Assembly: GCF_001194135.2 (NCBI RefSeq)
Contig: NC_068984.1
Coordinates: 133,709,709 to 133,773,708, forward strand
Length of the DNA: 64,000 nt
Direction: 5' to 3'
Source: Octopus bimaculoides
Lineage: Eukaryota
The notes beneath the pieces are model-generated. The model was not told the origin of the DNA. It saw only the letters and a list, made by a program, of their open reading frames with translations, and ran no database searches. Below, in pieces: positions 1 through 15,500 of the stretch. Position 1 is the stretch's first letter; each line of letters opens with the position of its first letter. The translations under genes and the position numbers were made by a program.

Positions 1-102
1 ATCCCACTAGGTATTTTGTTTGATGCCTTACCGATTCTGCCATTCCACCACCATATATGTCTATTTCAGTTTCTTCATAAGTTTCAACCATTTTTGTTTT
101 AG

Positions 103-3100
103 TCTTCTCCTTCAGCTGGAGACAAAATGGAACCATCAACATATATGCATATGACCTTGGACTTCTTGAAACCAGACAAGTTGAAGTAAGCATGCTTTAA
201 AAACCTTTTTAAAACCATTTCTGCATTTAATCAACTGTGATTCTAATGTAGTTTATATTGCAAAATTGCATTGTGTTGTTAGCTTGCATACTAGTGAATT
301 TGACTTTATAGCCAAGGCAGGGAGCTAGTTCAAGATGTCTTGTCATTTTGGATAGCTTCAGTCCATGTTGATCAATTGAACCTTTAAAGTAGAATAACCA
401 ATAACCAATCAAATACATACTGCTAAGCCACAGAACAATAGCAGCTGATAGAACTGACATTTTGATTACTGGTACTTGTATTATTAGTGGTTTTAAATTC
501 TAGCACAACGCCAGCAATTTCGATTGTATCAGCTCCATTACTTAACTGGTTACTTACTTTATGAACCCCTGATGGATGAAAGGAATGCAAAGGGCCAGAA
601 GAAATGCCACCAAGCATTTTGTCCAGCATGTTTACAATTCTGCCAGCTCACCACCTTTATATTATCAATGTAATTAAATAAACATTTCAACAACTATACA
701 TCCTAAATCATTCTTTCTATCAATTCTTAAAATAATGAAGAATTTACTAAAAGATGTTTTCCTGAGGCTTAAAACAGTGTCATCGTCCTTTACAAGACTG
801 CCACATTATGTTGGCATATTAACATTACTAAAATAGCTTTGCCATTAAGTTGGTGTTTGGAACATGAAATTTTGATGGCAGATTTTAATTTAGATCACTT
901 TAAAAACAAGGTTTGTATTGCACAACTAAAGGTAACCTCAGGTGATTTGGTATCAAAAAGGGTTAATAAAACTTGACATTTTGGTTGTTTTAAGAACAAG
1001 TTAGGGGAAAAGATTAATATGGCTGCCTAATTTTCTGAGGTAGCATAGATTGCTAACTGACAAGGTATGTTCTAACAGGCAATAAGATAATGGCTGGAAT
1101 ATTCAAGTAACAAATGGCTTTAAGAAAATGTTATTTTTTCATCAATTATTTTGTTTCTTTTTCTCACAAAATCTACAGGGACAAAAACGGACGCCTGAAA
1201 ACTCATCCAGATTATGACAGCCGTACTCTGTATGTTCCAGACTCTTTCAAGAGTAAAGTTACTCCTGTAAGTTATATCCAAGAAGTCCACCAAAAAATTT
1301 GTTAATTTTTGATTTGCAACTCTTTAATTCTTACATTAGTTTTGTTTGATCAACAGGTGTTAATTTAATGTCTGTCTTTTCATGTTGGCATGGCTTAGAC
1401 CTGAGTAAATTTGAGGCATGATTGTCATGGATGGTTGTTTTTCAAGTGTGGAAATATTATTCTGGAAGACTTTGAAAGCACAGAACTAGCAGATAATTGG
1501 TTGACAAGAAATGTCACCAAATTTCAGCACCAATAGCCTGAACATAAAATAACATCATTGTAACTCAACTGCAAACTACCAGTTCAATATAGTCTTTTAA
1601 ATATTGACACACACATAAAGATGTGAGCATGTCTGTCAAATTCCTTCACAAAGCATTTGTCAGGCTGGGGTTATAGTAGAAGACTATATCCAAAGTAGTA
1701 CATAGTGGGACTGAATTTGTAGCTACATGGCTGAGAGACAAACTTTGTAACAACACAACCTTAAGAATTTTTATTAATCCTTGATAAAATAGAGAATTTG
1801 GCAAGAACTATCAATTGAATAGTTTTAAGTTTGACTCCAGTACCTTCTGTGCTTGCTTAAGTTTACCTGGCTATTAGGAATAACTAACAGATCATTTGGG
1901 ATTGTCACCTGAAATAGACCAGCATCTATTCTATCCAGTGGGGATTTTTTCTTTCATCTGTGAATGTAGAGCCAAGCTCTAGCCATTTCAAGTTTTTGTT
2001 GACCTCTCTTCAATGCCTTGGACAGCAAAGGGAATATATATATATCCAGGTGTGTGTGTGCGTGTGCAATAAAAAGGTGGTAGAAGAGTAATTTGTTGGT
2101 TCTGAGTTGAGCTAGCATGGGTTGATTACACTTGGATAGTGTTTGTTGGTGGGAAGGAGACAATATTTATTATTTTGTGATCATATTGTCAGAATGTGGG
2201 TTGCTTATACATTTTTCTTTTGCTTGTTTATTTGTGACTTTGGGTGTATTTGGAATGTTTGTGGCCTACATGAAATTGTTGTCAGGTGGTTTGCAAAGAG
2301 TTTTATCTCCTATCCCCTTAACTCTTTTGATACCAACCTGCCTGAAACCGGCTCTGTAGTACAGATGTCTTATTTTCATAAGTTCTGAATTAAAATCTTC
2401 CAAACGTTAGTCCCAATTTATGTTCCTAACACTAGCTTAACGATAACTAAGTTGTTTTACTAAATTCTTTGTTATAATTAAAATTAATCGAAAGAAACAC
2501 AGCTTCTCAAAAGAAATACAGTAATGAAAGGGTTAATGCATGGGAACCTGAAGATAATCATTTGATAGATGATAATTCTTAATTTTATGTAATGATTCTT
2601 TGATCTCCAATACAACTTATTCCATTCCAGGCTATGCGGCAGTGGTGGGAGATGAAATCAAATCATTTTGATACTATCCTGTTTTTCAAGGTAATTTTAT
2701 TGTAGTACCTCCTCAGTCATTATATTTATTGTCTAATTCCATATACTCTTTTACTTGTATCTGTTTCTTGCTTTCTTTTTTTCTCCTGTTCTCAATCTCT
2801 TCCTTTTCACCCTATGAACTCCACCACTTTTCTCCTTCACATTCCTTTTCTCTCTTTCTCACAGACATACAAATGATTTACAATATACACTCATGGCTAA
2901 ATGATATAATGTCATAGAGGTTTTGCTCACTGTTCATGCTTGGTATATATACACACACACATACATCATCATCATCATCATCGCTTAACGTCCGCTTTCC
3001 ATGCTAGCATGGGTTGGACGATTTGACTGAGGACTGGTGAAACCGGATGGCAACACTAGGCTCCAATCTAATTTGGCAGAGTTTCTACAGCTGGATGCCC

Positions 3101-6100
3101 TTCCTAACGCCAACCACTCAGAGAGTGCATATCAATGTAGAATCCTAGTTCTAATTAGTATTTGAGCTAGTCTCTTTAGCTGTTGACCCACCAACCAATC
3201 AATCATTCTGAATTCAGCCAATAATTACTGTACTCATAGTTAATTCAATTATTTGAGTTGTTCAAATTCCAGAACCAAACACAACAGAACAACTCTTAAA
3301 AACCTATCTAATTAAATAGCCTTTTTGTTGAATAAAGTTTGCTGTTCTGCATTTTCAGTATTATCGTTAGTACTTTCACAAACAGCCGACAACTAAAACA
3401 GTCACGATGATATTATATATTAACATCAAAATGTTTCCATCATAATATCACTTCAGTATAAAACCATGGGATGTGGTGAAACCAAAATGTTTCCATTATA
3501 ATGTCATCTAACTACAAAGTTTAGAGATGTGTTGTCATTTATTTTCATTGTTTTGTCTTTTTCTTGTTTATATTCAGGTTGGAAAATTTTATGAACTCTT
3601 CCACATGGATGCTGTGATTGCAGTTGCTGAGTTAGGTTTAATCTACATGAAGGTATTGTCTGACTCGGTCCTCTTCTGAATTAAAATGTTAAAAATACAT
3701 AATCTTCAATATTCTCCTGTGAAAAATATATGGTAATAATCTGTATTTAATACAGAAAAAAAAAATTCATATTACCGAAGAACTATTGATTGTATTGATA
3801 GGGTTTTATCCTTAAATTAAATCCCATAAACTAATACCAACCAAATTGTTAACACGAGTTTATATTTATACAATGGCGGTATTAAAATCTCTTACACTCA
3901 TTGGAATTTGTAGTTGACTCTACTGGAAGACCTTTCTGAGTTGACTCCTGCAAGACAAGCACACATAAAGACGTTTGTTAGCTTGTTCTGCAAGCTCTCA
4001 ACACTTTTAACCTATGGTCCTTTTTTCATGACCTGACTTTATTAAAATCTCTTCAATCTGCATTTCTCTGTAAACAGTACTAATTTAAAGTTTATTTTCA
4101 CTCATCCCCCCCCCACAGAAACAAATCTCCTCTTGGTCTCTTTAGCCTAATTTTTACCCCCTTCACATTTATACAAACACTGAATGCTTTGAAAGTTAAG
4201 GTCATTCTTCCCTATATTGATTGTATACTGTATACTTCTATCTATTTAGGGTGATTATGCACATTCTGGTTTCCCTGAAATTGCTTATGGAAGATATGCA
4301 GACCTTCTTGTCCAGAAGGGTTACAAAGTGGCACGTGTGGAGCAAACGGAGACACCAGATATGATGAATGAAAGAGTCAAGAAAAGTAAGATTTTAGTTT
4401 AAAAAAAACCCAGTAATTATAATTTTTTCCATTTCATTCTATTTCTCTCCTTTCTTGTCACAAGACAATGTAGTCGGAATAAAAATTATAAATTCTAATG
4501 GCCATTTATGCATCAGTCAATAGACCAGTCACTGATTTTTTGTCCTATGAAAACATTTTTTAAAATACAAGCATGTCTATAAGGGATGTTATTTCAGGAA
4601 AAATACTGCGGTAACTGGCCTATCATCAGTGTGTAAACATTAAGTATGATACGTATATGGCTATTTTAGTTTAAAACTGCTTCAGTTGCAGATATTAGAT
4701 TTTAAATTCTTGTTTATTTTTTTAATTTCGGACTATAATCCATGAGATGGTTATTTCAAATTTAAATGTTTGAAATGGTGTAAATAAAAATTTAATGTTG
4801 TATCTCCTCTCCATTCTAGTGCATTCAGTTACTAAATTTGACAAAGTAATGAAGCGTGAGATCTGCAGAATCACAACCAAAGGTACAAAGACCTACAGTT
4901 ATATGGAAGGTGACTGCTGTGAGTCTGCTAATTCCTACTTGATGGCTGTTACTGAAAAGGTAACTTTGTATATTTGATGAAGTATAATGCTCTTTAATGA
5001 ATGTGAATTTGCAAAAATGTTGATTTTTAAATTTAATCCAGCACGAACTTATTGATTTTTACATATGCAATAGATATTAGTAATATACTGATTTAAATCA
5101 GTTGGCTGTTTTCTGAGTTATTAGTTACTTGTGATGGTTACAATAAATAAATTTCTGGTTGATGTATATTTGTATTACCAATATGTGAAATATTAACTGC
5201 TATTATTAACTTAGATCACTGATCAAGTTTTCAATTCTATAGTAAAACCACTGGAGTTTTTGTTCTTTTTTCATGAATTTGTATGATATTTGGGTATCCA
5301 TATTTCTATATTAAACGTATAGATATTATCTTTCCCCTTGTATAATTAATTACTTATAGGCTCACATATAGATATCTCTGAAGAAATTTTATCTCATTTT
5401 CTTATATGTGACTATAAATTTATATATGCAATACAGTGTGTGCATACAATTTAGAGATTTACTCTTGGTGGTATAACTTAAACTATTGTACATTATATTT
5501 AAAGGAAGAAAATGATGGATGTTTTACTTATGGTGTCTGTTTTGTGGACACCTCCATTGGGAAATTTCATGTAAGTATACGCCCTACTGCCCATTCTTTT
5601 GTTCACTTATGACTACTCTTGTTAAACTCTATCTTGTTCTGATTGTGTACAGATATTAAACTTAAGGGTAAAAATCTTAGTGTTTTCACGAATCACAATG
5701 GAACCTAATGTCATTGTTTAATTCTGGTGTATTGAAAATTTCTAGAAACTTAATACAATTCATTTTGTCTTTACTTTACTATATATTATATTACTATATA
5801 ATTTGTTTGCAGTATTTTAGTAGGTAGGTTAATTTAAAGCTTGAGATTTCCTGTGTAACTTGATGTGGTTAAAAAGTTTAATAAATACTTAGAATCCAAT
5901 TGTTTAGCTAGATGTCAGTTGAAATAGTAAATGCTTCCTTCTACAATTTCATGTTGCTTTTTCCTTTGTTTTGTTCATCTAATTCTTCATTTCTTTTCAG
6001 ATTGGTCAATTTTTGGATGACCGACACAATTCTAGATTCCGCACACTTTTGATGCACCATACTCCTGCTCAGGTATGTTATTTCAGTTATAATTTTTTTT

Positions 6101-9100
6101 TTTATCGGAACAATGTGGCTGATGCTGGTGTTGCGTACCTGGCATGTAAAAAAGCATCTTTAAAGTGTTGGGCCTCACAGAGGCAATGACATATGACCAA
6201 GACCGTTAGCAATATGCTGTTGTGCTTGAGAAGGACCCATCAAGCCAAGTGAAATCACAGTTGTGGCAGATACTGGTGTCATGCAACTGGTACCCGTACT
6301 GGTGGCACATAAAAACACCCATTACACTCTTAGAGTGGTTGGCATTAGGAAGGGCATCCAGCTCTAGAAACCCTGCCACATCAGACTGGAATCTGGTGCA
6401 GCCCCTCAGCTTACCAGCCCTGGTCAAACTGTCCAACCCATACCAGCATGGACAATGGACATTAAATGATGACGATGATTAGTATCACAACTGAAAGAAG
6501 GAACATTACTGATTTTATATGCCTGTCATCAAGAAACTGATTTTATATTTGCATTTTGTGAGCTGCCTATCCATTTAAATATTGCCCTAGAACTTGATGA
6601 AAATATTCATAGGTCCTGGCATGGCTTTGTGGTTAAGCAGTTTGTTTTCCAACCACATGGTTTTGGGTTCATCTCTTATCCATTTTCCTTTCTCCATTTC
6701 CTCCTGGGGTAGCCATTTATTTCCCCTTACAGTATAATCTGTCCCTGTTCCTTTTTCCTACTTTAGCCTCTCAACACCTGCACAAAACCACCTCCCTTAA
6801 TCCTTTCGTTACCAAACCGGCCAAAGCCGCCCGAAAAAAATTTTGGTTCATGTGACCAAGCCGCCCAAAACCGCTTGTAATCACCTATTCATATTTCAAT
6901 GAGAATATCCGAGCAAATCTCGTTAGTACATTCGTGAAAACACGTGATTATTTGTGTAAACAGTTCAGCTATAGTTTTGTACGATGATCAACGTGGTTTT
7001 TTAATTTTGTGAATTTTGGGAGATTTTTTTCCAAATTTGTTCCTGTTGTGTTTTCAAAATTTGTAATCCTGACAAAAAAATGGATACGAATTTTATTCTG
7101 TTAAGCAGCGAGTCAGANNNNNNNNNNNNNNNNNNNNNNNNNNNNNNNNNNNNNNNNNNNNNNNNNNNNNNNNNNNNNNNNNNNNNNNNNNNNNNNNNNN
7201 NNNNNNNNNNNNNNNNNNNNNNNNNNNNNNNNNNNNNNNNNNNNNNNNNNNNNNNNNNNNNNNNNNNNNNNNNNNNNNNNNNNNNNNNNNNNNNNNNNNN
7301 NNNNNNNNNNNNNNNNNNNNNNNNNNNNNNNNNNNNNNNNNNNNNNNNNNNNNNNNNNNNNNNNNNNNNNNNNNNNNNNNNNNNNNNNNNNNNNNNNNNN
7401 NNNNNNNNNNNNNNNNNNNNNNNNNNNNNNNNNNNNNNNNNNNNNNNNNNNNNNNNNNNNNNNNNNNNNNNNNNNNNNNNNNNNNNNNNNNNNNNNNNNN
7501 NNNNNNNNNNNNNNNNNNNNNNNNNNNNNNNNNNNNNNNNNNNNNNNNNNNNNNNNNNNNNNNNNNNNNNNNNNNNNNNNNNNNNNNNNNNNNNNNNNNN
7601 NNNNNNNNNNNNNNNNNNNNNNNNNNNNNNNNNNNNNNNNNNNNNNNNNNNNNNNNNNNNNNNNNNNNNNNNNNNNNNNNNNNNNNNNNNNNNNNNNNNN
7701 NNNNNNNNNNNNNNNNNNNNNNNNNNNNNNNNNNNNNNNNNNNNNNNNNNNNNNNNNNNNNNNNNNNNNNNNNNNNNNNNNNNNNNNNNNNNNNNNNNNN
7801 NNNNNNNNNNNNNNNNNNNNNNNNNNNNNNNNNNNNNNNNNNNNNNNNNNNNNNNNNNNNNNNNNNNNNNNNNNNNNNNNNNNNNNNNNNNNNNNNNNNN
7901 NNNNNNNNNNNNNNNNNNNNNNNNNNNNNNNNNNNNNNNNNNNNNNNNNNNNNNNNNNNNNNNNNNNNNNNNNNNNNNNNNNNNNNNNNNNNNNNNNNNN
8001 NNNNNNNNNNNNNNNNNNNNNNNNNNNNNNNNNNNNNNNNNNNNNNNNNNNNNNNNNNNNNNTTTCTATTTTGTTGAATTTACCTGTATTTACCTGTAAT
8101 TAAAGTCACTTTGTGACAAAAATTTTGGTATAGAATTGGTTGAGAACCTTTCATTAAATTATCTTCCAAAAATCACATTAATATGTTGATAAATAAAAAA
8201 GTTAGAGTTGTTTAATGAAACCAGCCTAAATTTATGATTATGTTAGAAATTAATTGAAACACATAAGGGGTGTAATTTGGTTAGAAATATGGTAACAAAA
8301 GGGTTAATCCTGCACCGCCAGTCTGTCAAGGGATCTTGTCTTACGACCACCATGGGCCCTTGGGCTAGTCAGATCCTTTCAGTGAAAATTACATTTGAAT
8401 CTAGATATTTGTTGGTTTGTTTCTGTTGCAATTGTTATGGATTTGAAATGACATTGAATTACAATTTCAGATTCTTTATGAGCGTGGTAAAGTCTACCCA
8501 AAGACAATGCAGATAATCAACAATCTTCCTGGAAATGTCATCAAAGAAGGATTAAACCCTGGAACAGAATTTTGGCAAAGTTCCAAAACTTTAAAAACCC
8601 TCTCAGAATGCAATTATTTTGTTGATGAAGAATCCAAAGAGACTGTGTGGCCAGCTGCCTTGAAGAAAATGTTGTCTGATAGTAAGTAATGGCAAATTTA
8701 TTTCATTAAGAATTTGGTGCTGACATTTTTTAAGAATTGTTAAAAAACACTTGCTGTGTATAACTCAGATTTGTTTTAACTTATCTTAACATTTTGTTGT
8801 TTGTAGGTGATGCATTGAATTCTAGTGCTGCAGATGGTTTTGTCTTGGCAGTATCAGCTCTTGGTGCCATCTTATGGTAAATACATATTCCTGTTTTGTT
8901 CCTTATCTTTGTTAAAAGAAAAAGAAATAACACCTAAAATTGGTGTCACGGGGTACTGGTGCTATTTAAAAAGCACTCATTTTGGTATCGCGTAAAAAGC
9001 ATCCATGCTGGTGCCATGCAAAAAGCACTCATGCCGGTACCATATAAAAAGCACCTGTGCTGGTCATTTCCTGTCAAGCCGTCCAACCCATGCCAGCAAG

Positions 9101-9495
9101 AAAAACGGACATTAAATGATGATTTGAAATTGAATTAGATGTTGATATAAAAATCAGAATTAGCTAATTTATGGTAGTTTGATACTTTGCTTTCTTCAAT
9201 ACATATCCCACTAGGAAGACATTCCTCCTCATCCGTTAACAATAATAATCCAGTAATAAATTTATCTTTTACTTTTTACATTGGGCTGCAGCCTTGTCAT
9301 GAAGTATTTTAATTTACTAAACCATCTCCAGTACTTACGTTGTTTTACTTCAAGTCTAGTATTTATTCAGTTGGTCTTTTCTGCTGAACTAAGTTATGGA
9401 GACATAAATAAACAACACTGGTTGTCAAGAATTGGTTTTGACATAGACACACACACTGACATATATACATATGTATGTGTGTGTGTGTGTATATG

Positions 9496-9538
<43 letters not shown>

Positions 9539-12500
9539 TTATTTGTATGTGTCTGAGTATATATATACGTCAAGTGTCCACACCGTTTCTATGTACCAAA
9601 TTCAGTCACAAGACATTTGTTGGCCTTGAGTTGTAGCAGAAGACACATACCCAATGTGCTGTGCAGTGGAATTGAACTTGAAACTAAGTGGTTGCAAAGT
9701 AAGCATTCATATCTTCTTATGAATGGCTTTAATATCAAATTTATAAGAAATTGGGTGTTAGAGGATAAAAATTTAGCAGTAAAATTTCATCCTATGGTCT
9801 TTTTCATATTTTCATTTCAACTACTTGTTTGAAACTATTCAGATTTAATGCAATATCAACTGCTTAATTTGACACAATTAACTGCAAGCGGTCCGTTAAG
9901 CGTTTTGCTTGATAAATAATTTTTAATTCAGATGGATTATTAAACTAATTTCAAAATAGTGACCCCATTGATGCTAAATACTAAGAAAAATTGTATTTTT
10001 TTCTAATTAAATTCATTTATATTTTTCTAATTTGTTGTAATTGCAATTAATTAGGTATTTGAAACACACTTTAGTGGATGAAGAATTGCTGTCTATGAAG
10101 AATTTTGAAGAATATGTCCCTCTTGATAAAAATAATTCTGTATCAGTTCCAAACAGTTCCGTGGCCAGGAATTTTTCTGGAAAACGTCATATGGTAAGTT
10201 ATGTGTTGTCTGAAAAGACTTGCCTTCTTTATCATTTTCATCATCATATAATGTCTGCTTTCCATGCTAGCATGGGCTGGACGATTTGACTGGGGACTGG
10301 CGAACCGGATGGCTACACCAGACTCCAGTCTGATCTGGCAGAGTTTCTCCAGCTGGATGCCCTTCCTAACGCCAACCACTCCGAGAGTGTAGTAGGTGCC
10401 TTTTACATGTGCCACCGGCATGAGATGACAAAAGATATTTGTCATCTCATCTCTGAAACTCAATATTTCCTGAGATCTCACTTCAACATTTCTTGCTATA
10501 TCTGTAAACCTATTCGATCTACAATTGAATGTAAATTCTTAATATATGATAAACAGAGGTGAATGTATTCATCTTCATCCTTGTATGCTAGTGTAGTTGC
10601 ACTCTTACAAGCCATAGGTCTTGCACATTGATTTCAAATACACCTGTTATGAGAGTTACAGCTGGTGGATCAACCAAACACAAAATTTTTAGCCGGTATG
10701 ATGTCTGTGAACCAAGACACTAAACTATTAAATGCTCAGTGTGCTTGGCTGTAAATAGGTATTCTATGCTGGACACATCATTTCTGACCAGTTTAGAAAT
10801 GCTTCTGAGCCAAGACACTGTACTAGTAAACAGTGTGTTTAGTTGTAAATAAGTATTCTATGGTGGACGAACTCTCTGCTCCAGACTGCAAGAGCACTAT
10901 AAAATCATGTAGCAATTCGCTAACTATACAACTCTCACATACAACTTGTTTCAGATACTCTCAACAAAAACGGTCTTTGCTAGCTCTATGGTTCAGTGGA
11001 TTGGGGAACTACATTCTTATATTTTGCTTTATGCTTGTCAGGTCCTGGATGATGTCACTTTGTGTAACTTGGACATCACAGAAAATGGTTTGAATGGTTC
11101 GAGAGAAGGAACTCTTTTAGAAAAACTGGATCACTGCAACACGCCATTTGGTAAATAGAATTTATTTTTATGTTTATTCATTTATTTAACTTATACTTAT
11201 ATGATATATGGAGGCACACACATGGCTGTGTGGTTAAGAAGCTTGTTTCCCAACTGCATGGCATCTTGGGCAAGTTTCTTCTTCTATAGCTCTGGGTCAA
11301 CCAAAGCTTTGTGAGTGGATTTGATAAATGGAAACTGGAGGAAGCCTGTAGTGTGTGTGTGTGTGTGTGCATGCGTCTGTACCTTTGCTTGACATCAGAT
11401 AATGGTTGTAAATGAGCATCACCATTATGGATGTGATGTTTGTTTCCAGTCTTCTGTGAAAAACATGTTTAGTTATGCGGAAATATTTCTTCACCTGAAA
11501 AGTTGTGGGTTGGTGTTAGGAAGGGTGTCTGTCCATAGAAAGTCTGCCTCAACACATTGTGTCTGATCCATGGTTAAGTAGACATTAAATGATGATGATG
11601 ATTGGTTTCTATCAAATGATCTGATGATAACGATGATGAAGGTGATATCTTGCAGATCTAGCAACTGCATGAAGCCATCTTCATCATTTTTTCATTTAAC
11701 GCCCATTTTCCATGCTAGCATGAGTTGGACGATTTGACTGGGGTCTGGTGAACCAGATGGCTACACCAGACTCCAATCTGATCTGGCAGAGTTTCTACAG
11801 CTGGATGCCCTTCCTAACGCCAACCACTCTGAGAGTGTAGTGGGTGCTTTTTACGTGCCACCGGCACGAGGACCAGTCCGGCGGTACTGGCAACAGCCAC
11901 GCTCAAATGGTGTATTTTACGTGCCACCTGCACAGGAGTCAGTCCAATGTTTTGTTCACATGCCACCGGCACGAGTGCCAGTAAGGCGAAGCTGGAAACG
12001 ATCGCACTCAAATGGTGCTTTTTACGTGCCACTGGCATGGAAGCAAGATTGCTGTTCTGGCAGTGATCCCGCTCGGATGGTGCTGTTAGCACTCCAATGG
12101 CACGGGTGCCAGTCATCGAAATACTACCATAAAACCAAAGTGTTGTAATGCTAAAGAGGTTTGTATGGATTCTTGCTTTTGATGGTGATTATATATTTGA
12201 AGTGGAATATTCTTTTGGCTTTGGCAGGGAAACGTCTATTCCGAACATGGCTTTGTGCACCCTTGTGTAACCCAAAATCTATCAATGACCGTTTGGATAG
12301 TCTTGAAGATCTGATGAACATTCCAGATGTAAGTGCTGAGACAAGGGAACTACTGAAGAAACTCCCAGATTTGGAAAGAATTTTGAGCAGGTGTGTGTAT
12401 ATATATATATATATATATTTCTATTTCTATTATCATTTAAATATCAATCTGCATGGCTGTATGGTGGAGAAGCTTGAAGGAGTAGTCAATTGCATTCACC

Positions 12501-15500
12501 TGAATTGGTAAGGCGTTGGACAAAATGTCTTGTATTTGCCTTGGTTCTTTATGTTGTGAGTTCAAACAAATCCTTTTAAGGTCAGCTTCACCTTTAAACT
12601 TTATGGAGTTGATAGAATAACATAGTAAGGAAGTACGGGATTTGACAGTATTGACTAGCCCATTCTTCTCAAAACTTGCTCTTGTACTTAAATCAGAAAC
12701 AAGTGTGAAGAACTGCCAGAATCATTAGATCTTTGGGAGGTAAAAAAAAAGAAATTATTACGTGGTATTTCTTCCAATTTTCTATAGCATATGTTAAAAT
12801 TCTGTTGAGGTCAACTTTGCTAATCATCCTTTTGGGATAGATTAAATGAAGTCCTGGTCAAGTATTGTAGTTGATGGGATCAACTTAACCACTGCTCAAA
12901 ATTACTGGCCTTCTTCCTTAATTAGAAACTTATTATTTTAGCAATGATGTTTTGTAGAGTATCGGTTAAAATAGCTGCTGTTCATTGATCAGAAATCAAT
13001 AAAATTACTTGTCAAATATTGCAATTAATTATTCTTCCATAACCATATTTTTAACAAAATACTCTGCTGGTGATTTAATTAATTTTGAAAATATTTGGAG
13101 AGTTTTAGTAAATAATGTTTCCCTTTATTAATATATGAACAAAAACGTATTATATTAAATTTTGATGCAAAGCATTGATTGAAATACATAAACTCTAAAA
13201 TGAGTGTTTTTATATCATAGTATCAAAGGTGGCATCAAAAGTTAAATTTTCAATATTCCTTCTAATCCAGTACACATTTTTGGTTGGTTTCAAACACAGG
13301 TTATTTACTATATTGCATCTAACTCTGTTGAAAATATTGGCTTTGGGAATTGACTGAAGGAAGGATTTGTGGGTATCTACGTATCAAAGATTTAATTAAT
13401 CAAAATATAGTATAAATAGAACCCTTTTAAAAAACTAAGTTAACCTGGAAAGTCCAGTTTAAAAAAATTTTTGTGAAGAATAACTTCTTAAACTATATAC
13501 ATGAGTTGTCAGTTATTTTATTTTGTTTTTTATTCTTTTTGCATTTTTTAAGAATTCATGCTCTTGGATTATCTAATCGGAGTAATGAACACCCTGATAA
13601 CCGTGCAATTCTCTATGAAAGTCTCACATACAGGTAATAGAGATGTTTTTAACCTTCTCTTAATAATGATCCATGTATTTTATCTTCATTTTACCCTTTT
13701 TCTAAGACTTGAGTTTGTAAAAAAATCAAATTTAATTTCGTACATTTTAGTAAACGGAAAATCGAAGATTTCATTTCTGCTTTGGAAGGATTTAAAGTTG
13801 CTCAAAAAATAATAAAACCGTTTCAGGATAAAGTTGATGGTTTCAAGTGAGTATCATTTCATTTTAAAGTGTCTAATTTTGTGTGTATGTGTATATATAC
13901 ATACATACATAAGTTGATATATTTGAAAGAGTTAAAATATTAATTGTTGAGCGTGATCATTGCCAGAGCAGCTGTCTGGCTTCTGTGCCAGTGGCACGTA
14001 AATAGCACCATTTGAGCGTGATTGTTACCAGCGTCGACTTACTGGCACGTGAAAAGACATTCGAGCGAGGTCATTGCCAGTGCTGCTGAACTGGCTCCTG
14101 TGCAGGTGGCACGTAAAATACACCATTTTGAGTGTGGCCGTTGCCAGTACCGCCTAACTGGCCCTTGTGCCGGTGGCACGTAAAAGCACCCACTACACTT
14201 TCGGTGTGGTTGACGTTAGGAAGGGCATCCAGCTGTAGAAACTTTGCCAGATCAGATTGGAGCCTGGTGCAGCCATCTGGTTTGCCAGTCCTCAGTTCAA
14301 ATAAAGAAGTGAAATAGAACCAGTGTTTATTATTGGTATAATGACATTTCTGAGATGCAACAATATATGTTTCAACACAGGAATTAACATCAGAAATCTT
14401 GCTAATCAAATACAAAAACAATATATTTTGTTTGGTCAGTGTAATAAATTTCCATGCAACATGTATTAAAGGGTGAAAAAAAAAAATATTTTGGGGAAAA
14501 GTGGTCTGAGACAGACCTCATGACTGGCTGTTAAACATTTTTCTTGTTTGAGGTAACATTTATCAACACAATACATCATTATTTTAAGTGTCATGTAATA
14601 TGTTGTAATCCTAGTTTAATGGTCTCGATTACAGATCTATTCTGTTGAGAAAAACAGTTACTGTGAAAAGTTCATCATCTTCTGGTTGTTTCCCTGATAT
14701 GGCAGAAAAACTAAAATATTTTGATGTAGGTATTTACATAAATCAATATGTTTTTATTAAAGAAAATACTTCATGTAATGGCAATGTTTAATTTTTTTTC
14801 TACATCGTTTCATTATTCCCATGTTTCTGATCTACTAAGTTATGCTGATGTAAATGAACCAACAATGGTTGTCAAGTGACACTGAGGGACAAACACAAAG
14901 ACCCCCTCTCTCTCTCTCACACACACACAAACGTGCATGACAAGCGTGTTTCTGTCTATCAAATTCATTTGCAAGGCATTGGTCAGCCCTAGGCTATGTA
15001 GCAGAAAACAGTTCATCAAGGTACTGTGCAGTGGGATTGAACTGGAAGCCAAGTGGTTGCAATGTGAGCTGTTTAATCACACAGCCATGCCTTTGACTAT
15101 GTATAACCATTTAAATTAAAAGTTCAGTAGTTTAAATATATTGGTTGGGGTGTTACCAGTGAAGATGTCTGCATTCCTCTGTAAAAATGTATCTTGTAAT
15201 TTAGCAAGCAATATCAGGATTAGTTACTTGAATGACTGAGCCCCATGAGGTGAGGTGGCTGCTGTAGCAGGTGTCTCTGGCCATTCTCTGTGGCATCACA
15301 ATCATGGTCATGTTCACAGGGTGTGACAACACCCCATTTGTTCTGGAATATATTACCTTCCTCTCATCTTCTGCAGCTTAACTCCCCCCCACTTTTTTTT
15401 CTATTTCTTTGTTTCCTTGTAAATAAATTTTGATTCAATCTTTATATAAATAAAAATAATATTCATTATAATAATAATGAAATTATTGTATACAGTGCTC

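Noticed and set aside
7080-8099. Long ORFs spanning N-runs (also 27064-27486 and 28821-29249)
   Set aside because: Artefacts of translating gaps as X; no coding evidence.
11840-12148. Recurring ORFs starting MGAFYVPPA (also 35027 and 44911) that look like a small gene family
   Set aside because: All fall inside copies of the same SINE; their lengths and frames are not conserved.
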